From a virus (lineage: Duplodnaviria > Caudoviricetes): 64,000 nucleotides of DNA. Under the pieces are notes generated by a model. The model was given only the letters and a program-made list of their open reading frames with translations. It did not search any database and was not told the origin of the DNA. Shown here piece after piece: positions 30,672 to 40,985 of the stretch. Every line of letters begins with the position of its first letter. Within the stretch, counting starts at the first letter, position 1. Position numbers and translations under genes: made by a program. The stretch lies in the IMG/VR virus record IMGVR_UViG_2775506876_000001, positions 1 through 64,000 of that record; one strand, 5' to 3'.

Positions 30672-31784
30672 TAGGGCATTCTAGACCAGGGTAAAAGCAT
30701 GTATGAATCTAGGGTACTTAGATAATCTAGAACCTTTTAACTATCTATTGTCATTAAAACATCTTATTGCAAATAACTGTACTAGAGTATTTATGCTTAT
30801 TAAGTACTACTGTAATAGTACAGATATTCTCAATAAGCTCAATATTCTCAATAAGACCACAAAATTTTTTGTAGTTTTTTGTAATGGTTTTTGTAGAAAT
30901 TACAAACTACAAAAACCTTATGTAGCAAGGATTTTGTAATAGTTTTTGTAGATTTTGTAGTTTTGAGCCGGATATAAATCTCTACAGGTGTACTAGTACA
31001 GGTGTACTATCAAAGTGTACTAGTAAAATTTATACAAACTAGTACTATCAAAGGCTTATAGAAATCTATGATTTAATCTGGCTAGAGAAAAATAATCATA
31101 AATTTTTGTAGTCCAGGGTAGTTGTACTAACAAAAACCTGAGTAAATCATAAAAAATCTAAATAAGTATTTTTACTTATAAATTTGTACTAGTTATATAA
31201 AGGATAAATTAATATAAGTTTTTCTTATACTTCTTTATGTTTTATATATGTAATACAAATTAAATAGATTATTTGTACTAGTTTAAGTATTTATAACTAT
31301 TTAGGTTTTTGTTAGTACAACTACCCTGGGCTACATAATTTTTTGATTATTTTTCTCTGACCATAGAAAACTAGATATTCATATAAGTCTTGATATATAA
31401 GATTTTCTTGTACTACAAAACTACCTGTTTTTATATTACAGACATACTACAAAGCTCTAGAGATTTATATCCGGCTCAAAACTACAAAATCTACAAAAAC
31501 TATTACAAAATCCTTGCTACATAAGGTTTTTGTAGTTTGTAATTTCTACAAAAACTATTACAAAAAACTACAAAATTTTTTGTAGTCTTATTGAGAATAT
31601 TGAGCTTATTGAGAATATCTGTACTATTACAGTAGTACAAGTAAGTATAAATGCTTAAAATAGTATATGTATAAGCTAAACTTATCAATGAAAACTACAA
31701 AAAGTCTGAAAGCCTTGTAACAACTAGAATCTTTATTCAGCTTGATAAACTAATCGTGCTGCCACCCTGGTCTAGAATGCCCTA
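30672..31784. repeat. Nested inverted-repeat element, copy 2 (inverted relative to copies 1 and 3)
   Basis: Core ~30741-31703 is the reverse complement of copy 1; additional perfect 21-bp outer IR at 30672-30692 and 31764-31784. Confidence 0.95.
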
Positions 31785-31932
31785 TAACTTACCCGATCAT
31801 CGAACAAACCCTTTTGTACTTCCAATGAATCAAGGCTTTTTGTAATCGATTCTGGAAACTACAAAAATTTTTGTAGTCCATTTTGCAACTCTGCGATAAA
31901 CTACAAAATTCAAAAATTGTTTTAAAATACCC

Positions 31933-32002
31933 TTGACAAATTTAAACTTTTGTGCTATAGAGAATAATTTATAAAATATTCAAAATTAAAAAGTCACTTT
32001 TT
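31933..32002 (+). promoter_or_regulatory. Sigma70-type promoter and palindromic site upstream of the nucleotide-metabolism genes
   Basis: TTGACA-17 bp-(TGc)TATAGA; AAAAAGTCACTTTTT at 31988-32002. Confidence 0.7.
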
Positions 32003-32022
32003 AAAATAGTTTTATAATATAA

Positions 32023-32352
32023 GTGTTGAATTTTGGAATTGTCTGCCATCTTTTACAGATGGCTTTACTTATGGATAATCAAGAAAAACCAGATATTCTT
32101 TTGATACTTTCACAAGAACATCCAGAATTAAAAGAATATTTTTTACAGCGTAGAAATATAGGGCTACAAACATACGGTAAACGTTTAAACCCTTTTAATG
32201 GTAGAGATGCTTACAAAGATTTGTTTGAAGAATTACTAGATGCCTGTGCTTATGCATATCAGCTTTATTTAGAAAATCCTAATGATACTAAATATCATGT
32301 GATTTATGAAGCTGTTACTGAATTAACAAAATTAGTTTTAGAGAAAAAGTAA
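32023..32352 (+). CDS. Conserved phage hypothetical protein (all-alpha; the true start may be downstream)
   Basis: R..IG..TYG..L....GRD...DL.EELLDAC.Y pattern. Confidence 0.6.
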   Translation: MLNFGIVCHLLQMALLMDNQEKPDILLILSQEHPELKEYFLQRRNIGLQTYGKRLNPFNGRDAYKDLFEELLDACAYAYQLYLENPNDTKYHVIYEAVTELTKLVLEKK

Positions 32353-32353
32353 T

Positions 32354-32941
32354 ATGACAATTAAAAGTGATCGATGGATCTCTGAGCAAGGCTCTAATCT
32401 AATTAATCCGTTCTGTAACAGTTTGATTAGAAAACAGGATGATCTAAAAGTTATTAGTTATGGATTATCTAGTTATGGTTATGACATCAGATTGTCGGGC
32501 AAAGATTTTAGGATTTTTAAACACATCCCTGGTCAAGTAGTCGATCCTAAAAATTTCGATCCAAAATTTCTTGAAAAAGCCGATTTGTATTTTAACGATG
32601 ATGGTTCAAAATATTTTATAATTCCGGGGAATAGTTACGCTTTAGGTGTTGCCAAAGAATTTTTAGATATTCCTGATGATGTAACTGTTATCTGTATTGG
32701 TAAATCAACTTATGCAAGAGTAGGTTTGATAGCCAATTTAACACCTGGTGAGGCAGGATGGAAAGGTCATTTAACTCTTGAAATCAGTAACAGTTCTAAT
32801 AGTGATTGTATTGTTTATGCTGATGAAGGAATCGTACAATTATTATTTTTCCAAAGTGATGAAAAATGTCTAACAACTTATGAAGCCAGAAATGGTAAAT
32901 ACCAAAATCAATCTGAACAGATAACAATAGCCAAAGTATAA
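32354..32941 (+). CDS. dcd: dCTP deaminase
   Basis: ISYGLSSYGYDIRL, GKSTYAR.G, EAGWKGHLTLEISN, GKYQNQ. Confidence 0.95.
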   Translation: MTIKSDRWISEQGSNLINPFCNSLIRKQDDLKVISYGLSSYGYDIRLSGKDFRIFKHIPGQVVDPKNFDPKFLEKADLYFNDDGSKYFIIPGNSYALGVAKEFLDIPDDVTVICIGKSTYARVGLIANLTPGEAGWKGHLTLEISNSSNSDCIVYADEGIVQLLFFQSDEKCLTTYEARNGKYQNQSEQITIAKV

Positions 32942-33926
32942 TAACTTTGGTATAGGTTTTTTTAATCCTAGAATGATAAAAAGTTCTAGGATTTTTTATA
33001 TAATAGATATGTTCTTAGCTACTTGATTTTATGAATAACATTGTTGAATTATTAGGCTTTTATGGTGGTGATAAAAGAGTTTGTTTATCAGCTTGGCAAA
33101 GTACTACAGAAGAATTAGGAATTGATTTACCCGATGATATTTCTGATAGGGTTGATGTGATTTTTGAATATCTATGTACCCAGAAAAAGAAAACACCTTT
33201 TGAATTATTAAATTTTTTAGCTGAAAATCATCACGAAACACCTTTTGAAAAAGCTATTTTAGATTTTCAATTAACAGGTGATATTGCATCACACATACAT
33301 GTAATCAAACATAGAATAAGTAGTGTAAATGCAGAAAGTCAAAGATATAAAGAGTTTATTTATGATCGTTTTTATATTCCTGATGATTGGCAAGGAATTC
33401 AAGCTACTGGTGATGTAACTTGGTTTACTAATTTTGAAGAAGAATGTGTTTTTAGCAATAAAAACGAATATTGGCAAGACATTTTAGAAAATTATAGTCA
33501 ATTAGGGTTTAATTTATATCATCAAGCTATTGAAGATTTAACACCAGTTTTAGGTAAAAAAACGTGCTAAAGAATCAGCTAGATATTTTCTCGGTTATAA
33601 TACTCAAATAAACTTTGACTGGCAGATGAATTTTAGAAGCTTTGTAAATATTCAACAATTAAGAAATAGTGATCATTCTCAAAAAGAAATTCATTACATT
33701 GCCAACACCATGCTTTATTTAGTTGAGAATATCCCTGGACAACCGTTTAAATATTGTTTAAAAGCTTTTGGATTAAAGTCTGATCCTAATTGGTTGTTAA
33801 ATCATCAAAAATTACTTGAAGATTTAAAATTGCTAAATAATCTATAACTTTGGTATAGGTTTTTTAATCCTAGAATTATAAAAAGTTCTAGGATTTTTTA
33901 TATAATAGATATGTTCTTAGTTACTT
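32941..33926. repeat. ~84-bp direct repeats flanking the first thyX (32941-33024, 33844-33926)
   Basis: Near-identical units, each holding a terminator-like hairpin, a TATAAT box and the 5' UTR. Confidence 0.9.
33031..33847 (+). pseudogene. thyX: FAD-dependent thymidylate synthase split by a +1 frameshift in an A7 run
   Basis: HETPFE and KHRISSVNAESQRY motifs; removing one A at 33556-33562 gives GKKRAKESARYFL..MNFRS and joins ORF 33626..33847. Confidence 0.85.
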
Positions 33927-33935
33927 AATGGTTTT

Positions 33936-34745
33936 ATGTTTCAACCTAAAGTCAAAATTATTAAAGATTCGGTTAACGCTGCAACTGGTTCTAGAATTAC
34001 AACTTTTGTTTTAACTTATCATCGTTTTATACATTCTGAGTTCATGACTTATAGAATGTTTTCTAGAAATGCTTCAAGTTCTAGAGCAATTCCTGTAGAG
34101 AAAATGATTCAAAAAGTTATTGATCAACAGGTTGAGCCACTTTATTGGGGTAAGAATCAACCAGGGATGCAAGCGAGTCAAGAATTATCATCAGAAGAAA
34201 TAGAGCAAGCCAGATTACAATGGAATGCCGCAAAAGCAACAGTAATTTCTTATGCTCGACAAATGATTGAAAAAGGTGTACATAAACAAATAGTCAATAG
34301 AATTTTAGAACCTTTTTCAACCATTACAGTAATTTGCACATCCACAGATTATCAAAACTTTTTTAATCAACGTTGTCATCCAGATGCACAACCAGAAATA
34401 CAAGCTTTAGCATATTTAATGAAAGCTGAGTATGATAAATCAAAACCTGATATCTTATACCCTGGTGAATGGCATTTACCATTTTATGATTTAGAGAATG
34501 ATAAAGGTATTTTTGGTGATGATATTTTAAAAGTGTGTGTTGGTAGATGTGCAAGAGTTAGTTATTTAAATCATGATGGTAAGCGTAATTTAAGCAAAGA
34601 TATTGAATTACATGATAAATTACTTGTTGCTAACCCAAAACATCTTAGTCCTTTTGAACATGTAGCGATCGCTCAAACTGGTAATAATGCTAATTTTTTG
34701 GATTTTAAAAGTTATAGATATATTTTAGAAAATTCTGGTTTATAA
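33936..34745 (+). CDS. thyX: Second FAD-dependent thymidylate synthase (phage-type Thy1)
   Basis: RFIHSEFMTYRMFSRNASSSRAIP, HKQIVNRILEPF, AQPEI, CARVSY, HLSPFEHVA. Confidence 0.88.
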   Translation: MFQPKVKIIKDSVNAATGSRITTFVLTYHRFIHSEFMTYRMFSRNASSSRAIPVEKMIQKVIDQQVEPLYWGKNQPGMQASQELSSEEIEQARLQWNAAKATVISYARQMIEKGVHKQIVNRILEPFSTITVICTSTDYQNFFNQRCHPDAQPEIQALAYLMKAEYDKSKPDILYPGEWHLPFYDLENDKGIFGDDILKVCVGRCARVSYLNHDGKRNLSKDIELHDKLLVANPKHLSPFEHVAIAQTGNNANFLDFKSYRYILENSGL

Positions 34746-34852
34746 ATAATCTATAATATTAGTGGCTCATACTAAACAGCAATGGACTATCAAAAATCCC
34801 TAAAAGAATTTTAAACTTTTAGGGATTTTTCTTTTTATATAACTTTGTAACT

Positions 34853-35482
34853 TTAGGAATCTTCAAACAATTCTAAAATTATTTCCCAATCAGGCTTACA
34901 TTTTTGAGTAATTTCAGATCTGTTTTCAACTATAAATTTTTTAAAATTATTTCTATGAATTATAATTCTATTACCATTTTCTACAGGATTTAAAATATTC
35001 TTCCATCGTTTAATTTTTAACCAAGATTGAACTTTATCGTACGAAACATTTAGAATTTTCTCTATTTGCCTGACACTTACATATTGATCTGCAACATCCC
35101 TAGACAAACCTAATTTAACTATTTGTGCGTGAATAGCGTTTACAGTTCTAAAGCTTAAATTTTTTTCCAGACAATAACCATTTAATTTTTTAACAATTTC
35201 TGGAAATGGAAGTAAACCACAATATCTTTCTAGTATTTCTATTTCTCTGGGATGCCAATCTCTAACCATCAAAGAATTTTTACCACCTCTTACCATCAAT
35301 CCTTTCTGTTTAACATATTTACTTATCAAATATTGAGATACTTCATGACCATTGGTTTTTAATAATAATTGTAATTTTTTTACGATGCCCCAAACATCCT
35401 GATAATTTTCATCAATAATTTTAGTTATTTCACTAGATTTTACATATTTTAAATCTAGTTTTGATTTGGGATTCCTTGCCAT
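34853..35482 (-). CDS. Putative HTH DNA-binding regulator
   Basis: WHPREIEILERY..RTVNAIH and SVRQIEKILNVSYDKVQSWL. Confidence 0.6.
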   Translation of the reverse strand: MARNPKSKLDLKYVKSSEITKIIDENYQDVWGIVKKLQLLLKTNGHEVSQYLISKYVKQKGLMVRGGKNSLMVRDWHPREIEILERYCGLLPFPEIVKKLNGYCLEKNLSFRTVNAIHAQIVKLGLSRDVADQYVSVRQIEKILNVSYDKVQSWLKIKRWKNILNPVENGNRIIIHRNNFKKFIVENRSEITQKCKPDWEIILELFEDS

Positions 35483-35543
35483 ATTTTAAAAAGTCACTTT
35501 TTGAATTGTCCTACAAATCTATTATATAACTTGATTTTATAAG

Positions 35544-36335
35544 ATGTCTGAAATAATACATAATAAAAAGTTATGTTATAATATTATAAATATCAGTTTT
35601 ATTCATATTTATATAATGCTTACGACCAGGTTAGTAGTAGGCAAAATTTACCGAACTAATGGTGATGTTCTGACATCATCCAAAATTTTATTCAAACTTT
35701 TAAATAGTTCTTACATAGCTGATGGTCAAATAGTCAAATCAGAGATTATTGCAGACATAGATAATCAGGGTAATCTATACACCACAACAGATTTAGGAAG
35801 CATCATTAATGGTGTGAGACTTTGGTGTAATGAGCAAGGTGATATAGCATCTGAATACGCTTGTTTTTTACCAGGGAATGAGGTATTCAAATTTACTTTA
35901 CCATCAGGTAATTCTGACATTCAGCTATCGGTTTTAAGACAAGCGGGAATAACCCAGAATGATCCTCAGTACAATACCCTGGCCACTTACGTTGATAACT
36001 TAGTAAATTCTAAAGGTACTGGGAAAATCTCGATACCTTTTAGTTATGGTGATGCTTCACCAAAGATTTTGATTAATAGTTTTCAAGGTTTAGTCGACAC
36101 TGTAACTATTCAAATCAATCAAGTTTTTAATGAAATTTCTTTATTATCAATAACAGATTCATCAAATCAAACTTTATTGTCTAGTGATTATTGTGATGTG
36201 ACAACTGTTGCAAGTTATGAATCTTACCCGTTTTTCAAATATGAAAACTCGGTTGATATTTTCTTGAATATTCAACTTGGAAATGGTGTAAACCAAGGAA
36301 ATGGTTTTGTAGTTTTAGGAATCAAGGAGTTATAA
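35544..36335 (+). CDS. Putative virion/tail accessory protein (true start probably ~35616)
   Basis: First gene of a tight operon of beta-rich proteins. Confidence 0.5.
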   Translation: MSEIIHNKKLCYNIINISFIHIYIMLTTRLVVGKIYRTNGDVLTSSKILFKLLNSSYIADGQIVKSEIIADIDNQGNLYTTTDLGSIINGVRLWCNEQGDIASEYACFLPGNEVFKFTLPSGNSDIQLSVLRQAGITQNDPQYNTLATYVDNLVNSKGTGKISIPFSYGDASPKILINSFQGLVDTVTIQINQVFNEISLLSITDSSNQTLLSSDYCDVTTVASYESYPFFKYENSVDIFLNIQLGNGVNQGNGFVVLGIKEL

Positions 36336-36338
36336 AAA

Positions 36339-37025
36339 ATGTCTAAATTTGCAGATTTACTCGGTACTGTTGTAAGTTATTTTAAAATCGGTACGAATGG
36401 CGTAAGACTCAAAAACAGTTCGGGAAATTTATTAATTAGAAATAGCACTGATAGCGCAGATAGTTCAGTTACAGCTAGTACTATCAATATTTCTAGTGAC
36501 AATTTTGTAATTAATAGTGATGCTGCGAACACTAGCGCTGATAGAAGTATCACTATTGCTAGACCTACATCAGGTATGTCTGCGAGTTACACATTAACAC
36601 TACCAACGAGTGTTGGTAGTCCTAACCAAGTGTTAACAACTGATGGAACAACTGGAAATTTATCCTGGGTAAATGCTGGTGGTTCAACAACTGACAAGGT
36701 TAGTACAGACACAACTAATTTAGCTTTTGGTAGTACCAGTCCCGTGTCAATGTTTACTTTACCAGCTAATTCTGTAATCCAAGCTGTTCGTGTGATAGTA
36801 GACACGGCTTTTAATGGTACACCTTCATTATCTATCGGTATTTCTGGTACAACTTCAAAATATGTAGCGACTAATCAAGTTGATTTAACAACAATCGCAA
36901 TTTACGAAATTTATCCAGGGTTGACAGCTAACGGAAGTTCGGAAAGTTTGATAACTACTTATAGTGCTGGTAGCGCATCTGTTGGCGCTGCAAGAATTGA
37001 AGTTGATTATGTAATTCCTGCTTAG
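36339..37025 (+). CDS. Putative tail fibre-associated protein
   Basis: YTLTLPTSVGSPNQVLTTDG.GNLSW fibre motif; Ser/Thr-rich. Confidence 0.6.
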   Translation: MSKFADLLGTVVSYFKIGTNGVRLKNSSGNLLIRNSTDSADSSVTASTINISSDNFVINSDAANTSADRSITIARPTSGMSASYTLTLPTSVGSPNQVLTTDGTTGNLSWVNAGGSTTDKVSTDTTNLAFGSTSPVSMFTLPANSVIQAVRVIVDTAFNGTPSLSIGISGTTSKYVATNQVDLTTIAIYEIYPGLTANGSSESLITTYSAGSASVGAARIEVDYVIPA

Positions 37026-37026
37026 T

Positions 37027-37536
37027 ATGAGTAAGTTTTCAGATATTGTTGGCGCGATTTCAGATTTTTCAATCGGCTTAAAACAGCTAACAGGCGATCG
37101 CGCTTTAAAATTTTTATCAAATAATTTTATTGCTTCACTAGTCTGGAACCCGACAGCTAATAGAACTATCCGATTACCTGATACATCAGGAACCCTGGTT
37201 ACTGTTGGTTACGGTTCTTATAACCCGGTAATTGTTTTAACTGCTAATAAAACTTTAGTTATTACTGAGCAGAATGTTTGTTATCTTTGTGAAAATACAA
37301 CCACCATTAACATTACTGTTCCTGATAATGCAACTGTAAATTTCCCTATCGGAACAGAATTTGAAATAATTCAGTATGCAACATCAACCGTAACTATTAA
37401 TGCTGGCACAAACGTTTTTATTTACAAAGGTGGAAGTGCCACAACAACTGGTCATGTAATCATAGCTGAAAATTACTCTGTTTCTTTAAAATATTTAGGG
37501 TCTAATGAATGGTTAATTACTGGTGATGTAAGGTAG
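37027..37536 (+). CDS. Putative tail fibre-associated protein
   Basis: ANRTIRLPDTSGT; ITVP..FPIGT....Q..W.I.GD. Confidence 0.6.
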   Translation: MSKFSDIVGAISDFSIGLKQLTGDRALKFLSNNFIASLVWNPTANRTIRLPDTSGTLVTVGYGSYNPVIVLTANKTLVITEQNVCYLCENTTTINITVPDNATVNFPIGTEFEIIQYATSTVTINAGTNVFIYKGGSATTTGHVIIAENYSVSLKYLGSNEWLITGDVR

Positions 37537-37541
37537 TTAAA

Positions 37542-38405
37542 ATGAGAAAGAGTACCTTTACTTTAACTAGATATATCCGTTCAACATTTCCAAATCTTCC
37601 TAATAATAGATTAAAAATTGTTGAAAGATCCTGTAAATTAGCTGCTGTTGATGAAAGTTACTCAGCTTACGATGTTATCAATAGTTTAAATAATTGTAAT
37701 TGGTATTGTTTCGATGCTAATTCCAGTTTTACAGACACTAGTGGAACAACACCAGCCACAACAAATAGCGCGATCGCTTGTGTTAAACCCTGGATAGGTT
37801 CGGGTAATATCACACAATCAACTAGTAGTAAAAGACCCACATTATTATCAGATGGTGCTAGTTTTAATAGTACCAATTTAACCTTTTTAATAGGTTCAAC
37901 AAACCTTTCAAATACTAATTATTCTGCTTTTGTTGTTGCTAATGTAACCGCAAACAGTAAAGGTGCTATATTTGCTAACCAAAATGATGCTAATAATATA
38001 ACCGCTGGATGGTTTTTAGGTGTTGGTAGCACAACACCTGATACTAATGGTAATAATTTACTTGGTGGTTCTAGCGGTACTGGTGGAGGTTTTATAACTT
38101 CAAGTTTTAATTGTACTGGTTCCAAAAAATTATTAGGAATGACACGTAACAATACCGATTCAACTATCAGATTATACGGTAATAATATAACAACTACCGT
38201 AGGTTCCAATAACACTTATCCTTCTAATAGTATTACTGGTGGTTTTCAAGTTGGTGGTTATTTTAGAAGTACTGGTTCTATTAATAGACACTGCGACTCT
38301 ATTATTTACTCTGTTATTACAGGAAATTTTCAAATGCAAGGCTCAACTTTGAGAAGAATCACAAAGTTTTTAAACTTTTATCATAGTTTAGGATTAACCT
38401 TATAA
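37542..38405 (+). CDS. LamG/ConA-like putative receptor-binding protein
   Basis: FDA..FTD.SGT, TQSTSSKRPT, YSAFVVA. Confidence 0.55.
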   Translation: MRKSTFTLTRYIRSTFPNLPNNRLKIVERSCKLAAVDESYSAYDVINSLNNCNWYCFDANSSFTDTSGTTPATTNSAIACVKPWIGSGNITQSTSSKRPTLLSDGASFNSTNLTFLIGSTNLSNTNYSAFVVANVTANSKGAIFANQNDANNITAGWFLGVGSTTPDTNGNNLLGGSSGTGGGFITSSFNCTGSKKLLGMTRNNTDSTIRLYGNNITTTVGSNNTYPSNSITGGFQVGGYFRSTGSINRHCDSIIYSVITGNFQMQGSTLRRITKFLNFYHSLGLTL

Positions 38406-38406
38406 A

Positions 38407-40017
38407 TTATTTTGTGGAAAAAATAAAGTTTATACTAAATACATAAATTGCAGATTCATCAGTATAATTTAAATTTTCATAAATTATTTCACCCGTTGGT
38501 AATATAAAAAATCTTATAAGACTTAAAGTACCAGTAATATTGACGTTAGCAGCAACACCATTAAAAATTAAACGTTTTGAGGTTCTCATACCAACTGGTA
38601 ATGTCGCGATAGTTGTCAATAAACTCGGTTTCGATGGTATCTGTATAGTTCCCTGAATTTCAACATCACCATTTTGTTTTTTAATTGCTCTAGCCGGATG
38701 ATAATCTGCTGAATAGTTACTAGAACCATTTTGTAGTGTTAAAGTTCTCCAATTGGCATTAAGAATTAAATCGGTTTGTACAGTTGTCGGGTTATGTGTG
38801 AAACCTGAACTATCTGATATGCTAGTTCCATTAGGATTACTATTAACAATTTCCCAATGTTGACCAGCATCTAAAGATTTTAAATTATAATTTAAATTGC
38901 CACGTAACCAAACAATACAATCATTTCCACTAGATGTTGTTGTACCATCTCTAATATCACCGACAGCATTTGTATAAGTTCCTAAAGAATATTCATATTT
39001 AATTTCATCAATAATACTTACTTGATTCCCATAATTGTAAGGTTGAAATCTAAATTCCAAATTAAAAGTCCCTGCGTTTGTTATTGGAGTTTGTAAGGAA
39101 CTTCTATAAATTTGACATTTTCCTGATCCTGTTAGATTACTAGGTTGAATTAATTTTATTTGAACAGGATAAAAAGTGTTAACATTACCACCGACAGTAA
39201 ATGATCTGTAACCAGAGGTATCGACACCATTACTATAAACACTTCCAGAAACACCAACACCACCAGAAACTATTAAAGCACCACTAGAACTATTAACCGA
39301 TGGTGTAGCATTTGTGATTGATACAGGATTTTTAAAATTATTATGTGTGTATCCTATTAAATTACCATCAATATATTGATAGGCTGTTTCATCACGTTTA
39401 TGGATAAAAACAGTACCATTCCCTGGTGTATATTTTTGCCAAGCGTTATTGATAAATTTAAAAATTGAACCTGTTGTGAAATTAATAACTTGTTCTGAAT
39501 ATAAAACATTAGCATTTGAAATTGTTACTGGTGCTTGATAATCTTGCACCGCTATAGTCTCACAAAAATATACATCAATAGCCATAACATCTAAACCAGA
39601 ATAAATTGTTAATCTTTGAACTGATATGTTAGTTGGAACAGAAACGAGTTTTATACTAGTTTTAAATAAACCTCTAACACTTGAAGCAACAATAGTTTCA
39701 ACTGAAATAACATTTTCAAATTTCCAATAAACATTTTGTGTATTTATTAAACTTTTAATGATTGTTGGTTGTTTAAAAATCTCGTCTGGTAATGTGAAAC
39801 TTCCTGTTAAACCTCCAACAATATCCCAAAATTTTAATAATTCTGATACTTCATTTTGATTTATGAAATCTAAAATTAATGTTAATTTTGCATTAGTTAA
39901 AGCTGATAAATAATGTAAGGATTGTTCATTACCATCAGAAAATCTTAAAACTTTTTTAAATGTTTCTGGCGCTTCATAATTAATTCCAGAGACTGTTATA
40001 ACCGGAAATATTGCCAT
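38407..40017 (-). CDS. Distal-tail-like domain fused to tail fibre domains
   Basis: N-terminal RFSDG.EQ..LLKFW..VGG..SFTLP; GALIVSGGVGVSG; IATLPVGMR tip motif. Confidence 0.6.
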   Translation of the reverse strand: MAIFPVITVSGINYEAPETFKKVLRFSDGNEQSLHYLSALTNAKLTLILDFINQNEVSELLKFWDIVGGLTGSFTLPDEIFKQPTIIKSLINTQNVYWKFENVISVETIVASSVRGLFKTSIKLVSVPTNISVQRLTIYSGLDVMAIDVYFCETIAVQDYQAPVTISNANVLYSEQVINFTTGSIFKFINNAWQKYTPGNGTVFIHKRDETAYQYIDGNLIGYTHNNFKNPVSITNATPSVNSSSGALIVSGGVGVSGSVYSNGVDTSGYRSFTVGGNVNTFYPVQIKLIQPSNLTGSGKCQIYRSSLQTPITNAGTFNLEFRFQPYNYGNQVSIIDEIKYEYSLGTYTNAVGDIRDGTTTSSGNDCIVWLRGNLNYNLKSLDAGQHWEIVNSNPNGTSISDSSGFTHNPTTVQTDLILNANWRTLTLQNGSSNYSADYHPARAIKKQNGDVEIQGTIQIPSKPSLLTTIATLPVGMRTSKRLIFNGVAANVNITGTLSLIRFFILPTGEIIYENLNYTDESAIYVFSINFIFSTK

Positions 40018-40078
40018 ATAGACATTTATTATAAAAATAATTCAGGATATAATATTATATTATACTTCGATATTATAC

Positions 40079-40588
40079 ATGACTGAATACAATAATACTG
40101 TTATTCATGTTGGTGATTTATTCACTGTCAGAATATACAAAGAAACCGTAATATTTAGATGGCAAAATTTTGTATCAAACCAAATTATTACCTGGTCAAA
40201 TAAGCAATACACATATTTACCAATAAATTTTAAAAGTCCTGCTAAATCCCTAGAAGTTTCTAGCGAATCAACAATTATCAGTGTTCCAAATTTACCAGAA
40301 ATCAGACAATATGTTGAAAATTACAAAGGTTTTAGAAATTCAATAATAGAATGTGTTTCGGTTTATCCTGATAATCCCAATGCTACACCACGATCAAAAG
40401 ATTTAATGGTTGTCAAAAGTTCTCGATATGTTAATGCTTCTATAGAATTTGAATTAAGTTCCAGATTATCTAGTATTCAGGGTAATATACCATCAACATT
40501 TTTCACAACTGGTAAAAACGTCAATGGTCTAAATATTGTTGGATATATCCCTGAGATTCCCGTGACCTCTAATATCAATTTGAGTTGA
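40079..40588 (+). CDS. Minor tail protein (gpL/DUF1833-like)
   Basis: ITW....YTYLPI, IEFELSS; first gene of the tail-tip triplet. Confidence 0.55.
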   Translation: MTEYNNTVIHVGDLFTVRIYKETVIFRWQNFVSNQIITWSNKQYTYLPINFKSPAKSLEVSSESTIISVPNLPEIRQYVENYKGFRNSIIECVSVYPDNPNATPRSKDLMVVKSSRYVNASIEFELSSRLSSIQGNIPSTFFTTGKNVNGLNIVGYIPEIPVTSNINLS

Positions 40589-40594
40589 TTAAAT

Positions 40595-40939
40595 ATGCTT
40601 GAATTACCGAATAAGTTTTATAAGTGGCAAGAATTTGATTGTTTTACCTTAGCTCAAGAAATGCGATCGCTTTTAAATTTAGAACCGTTACCAGATTTTA
40701 ATTGGATTTATCGAGAGTATAATAAATTAAATTATCCTAAAGATTTGGTTAAAGTGTTTTTAGATGCTTATGCTAAACAATCAAATGTTGATAAAGCTAA
40801 TTTAGTGTGTCTCGATTGGGAAGGTTACAAAGCGCTAGGCACTGTTTACCAGGGTACAATAATCTATATCATTAACAAACCTATTCAGCGACCTATCGAA
40901 AGATTAAGATTATGGATTGATAGTTTTTGGTTTTACTAA
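40595..40939 (+). CDS. NlpC/P60-like tail assembly protein (gpK-like)
   Basis: FDCFTLA..LPDF motif and synteny; catalytic His not evident. Confidence 0.55.
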   Translation: MLELPNKFYKWQEFDCFTLAQEMRSLLNLEPLPDFNWIYREYNKLNYPKDLVKVFLDAYAKQSNVDKANLVCLDWEGYKALGTVYQGTIIYIINKPIQRPIERLRLWIDSFWFY

Positions 40940-40985
40940 AACAAAAAGTCACTTTTTAAATTGTCTGACATATTATTGATATAAT

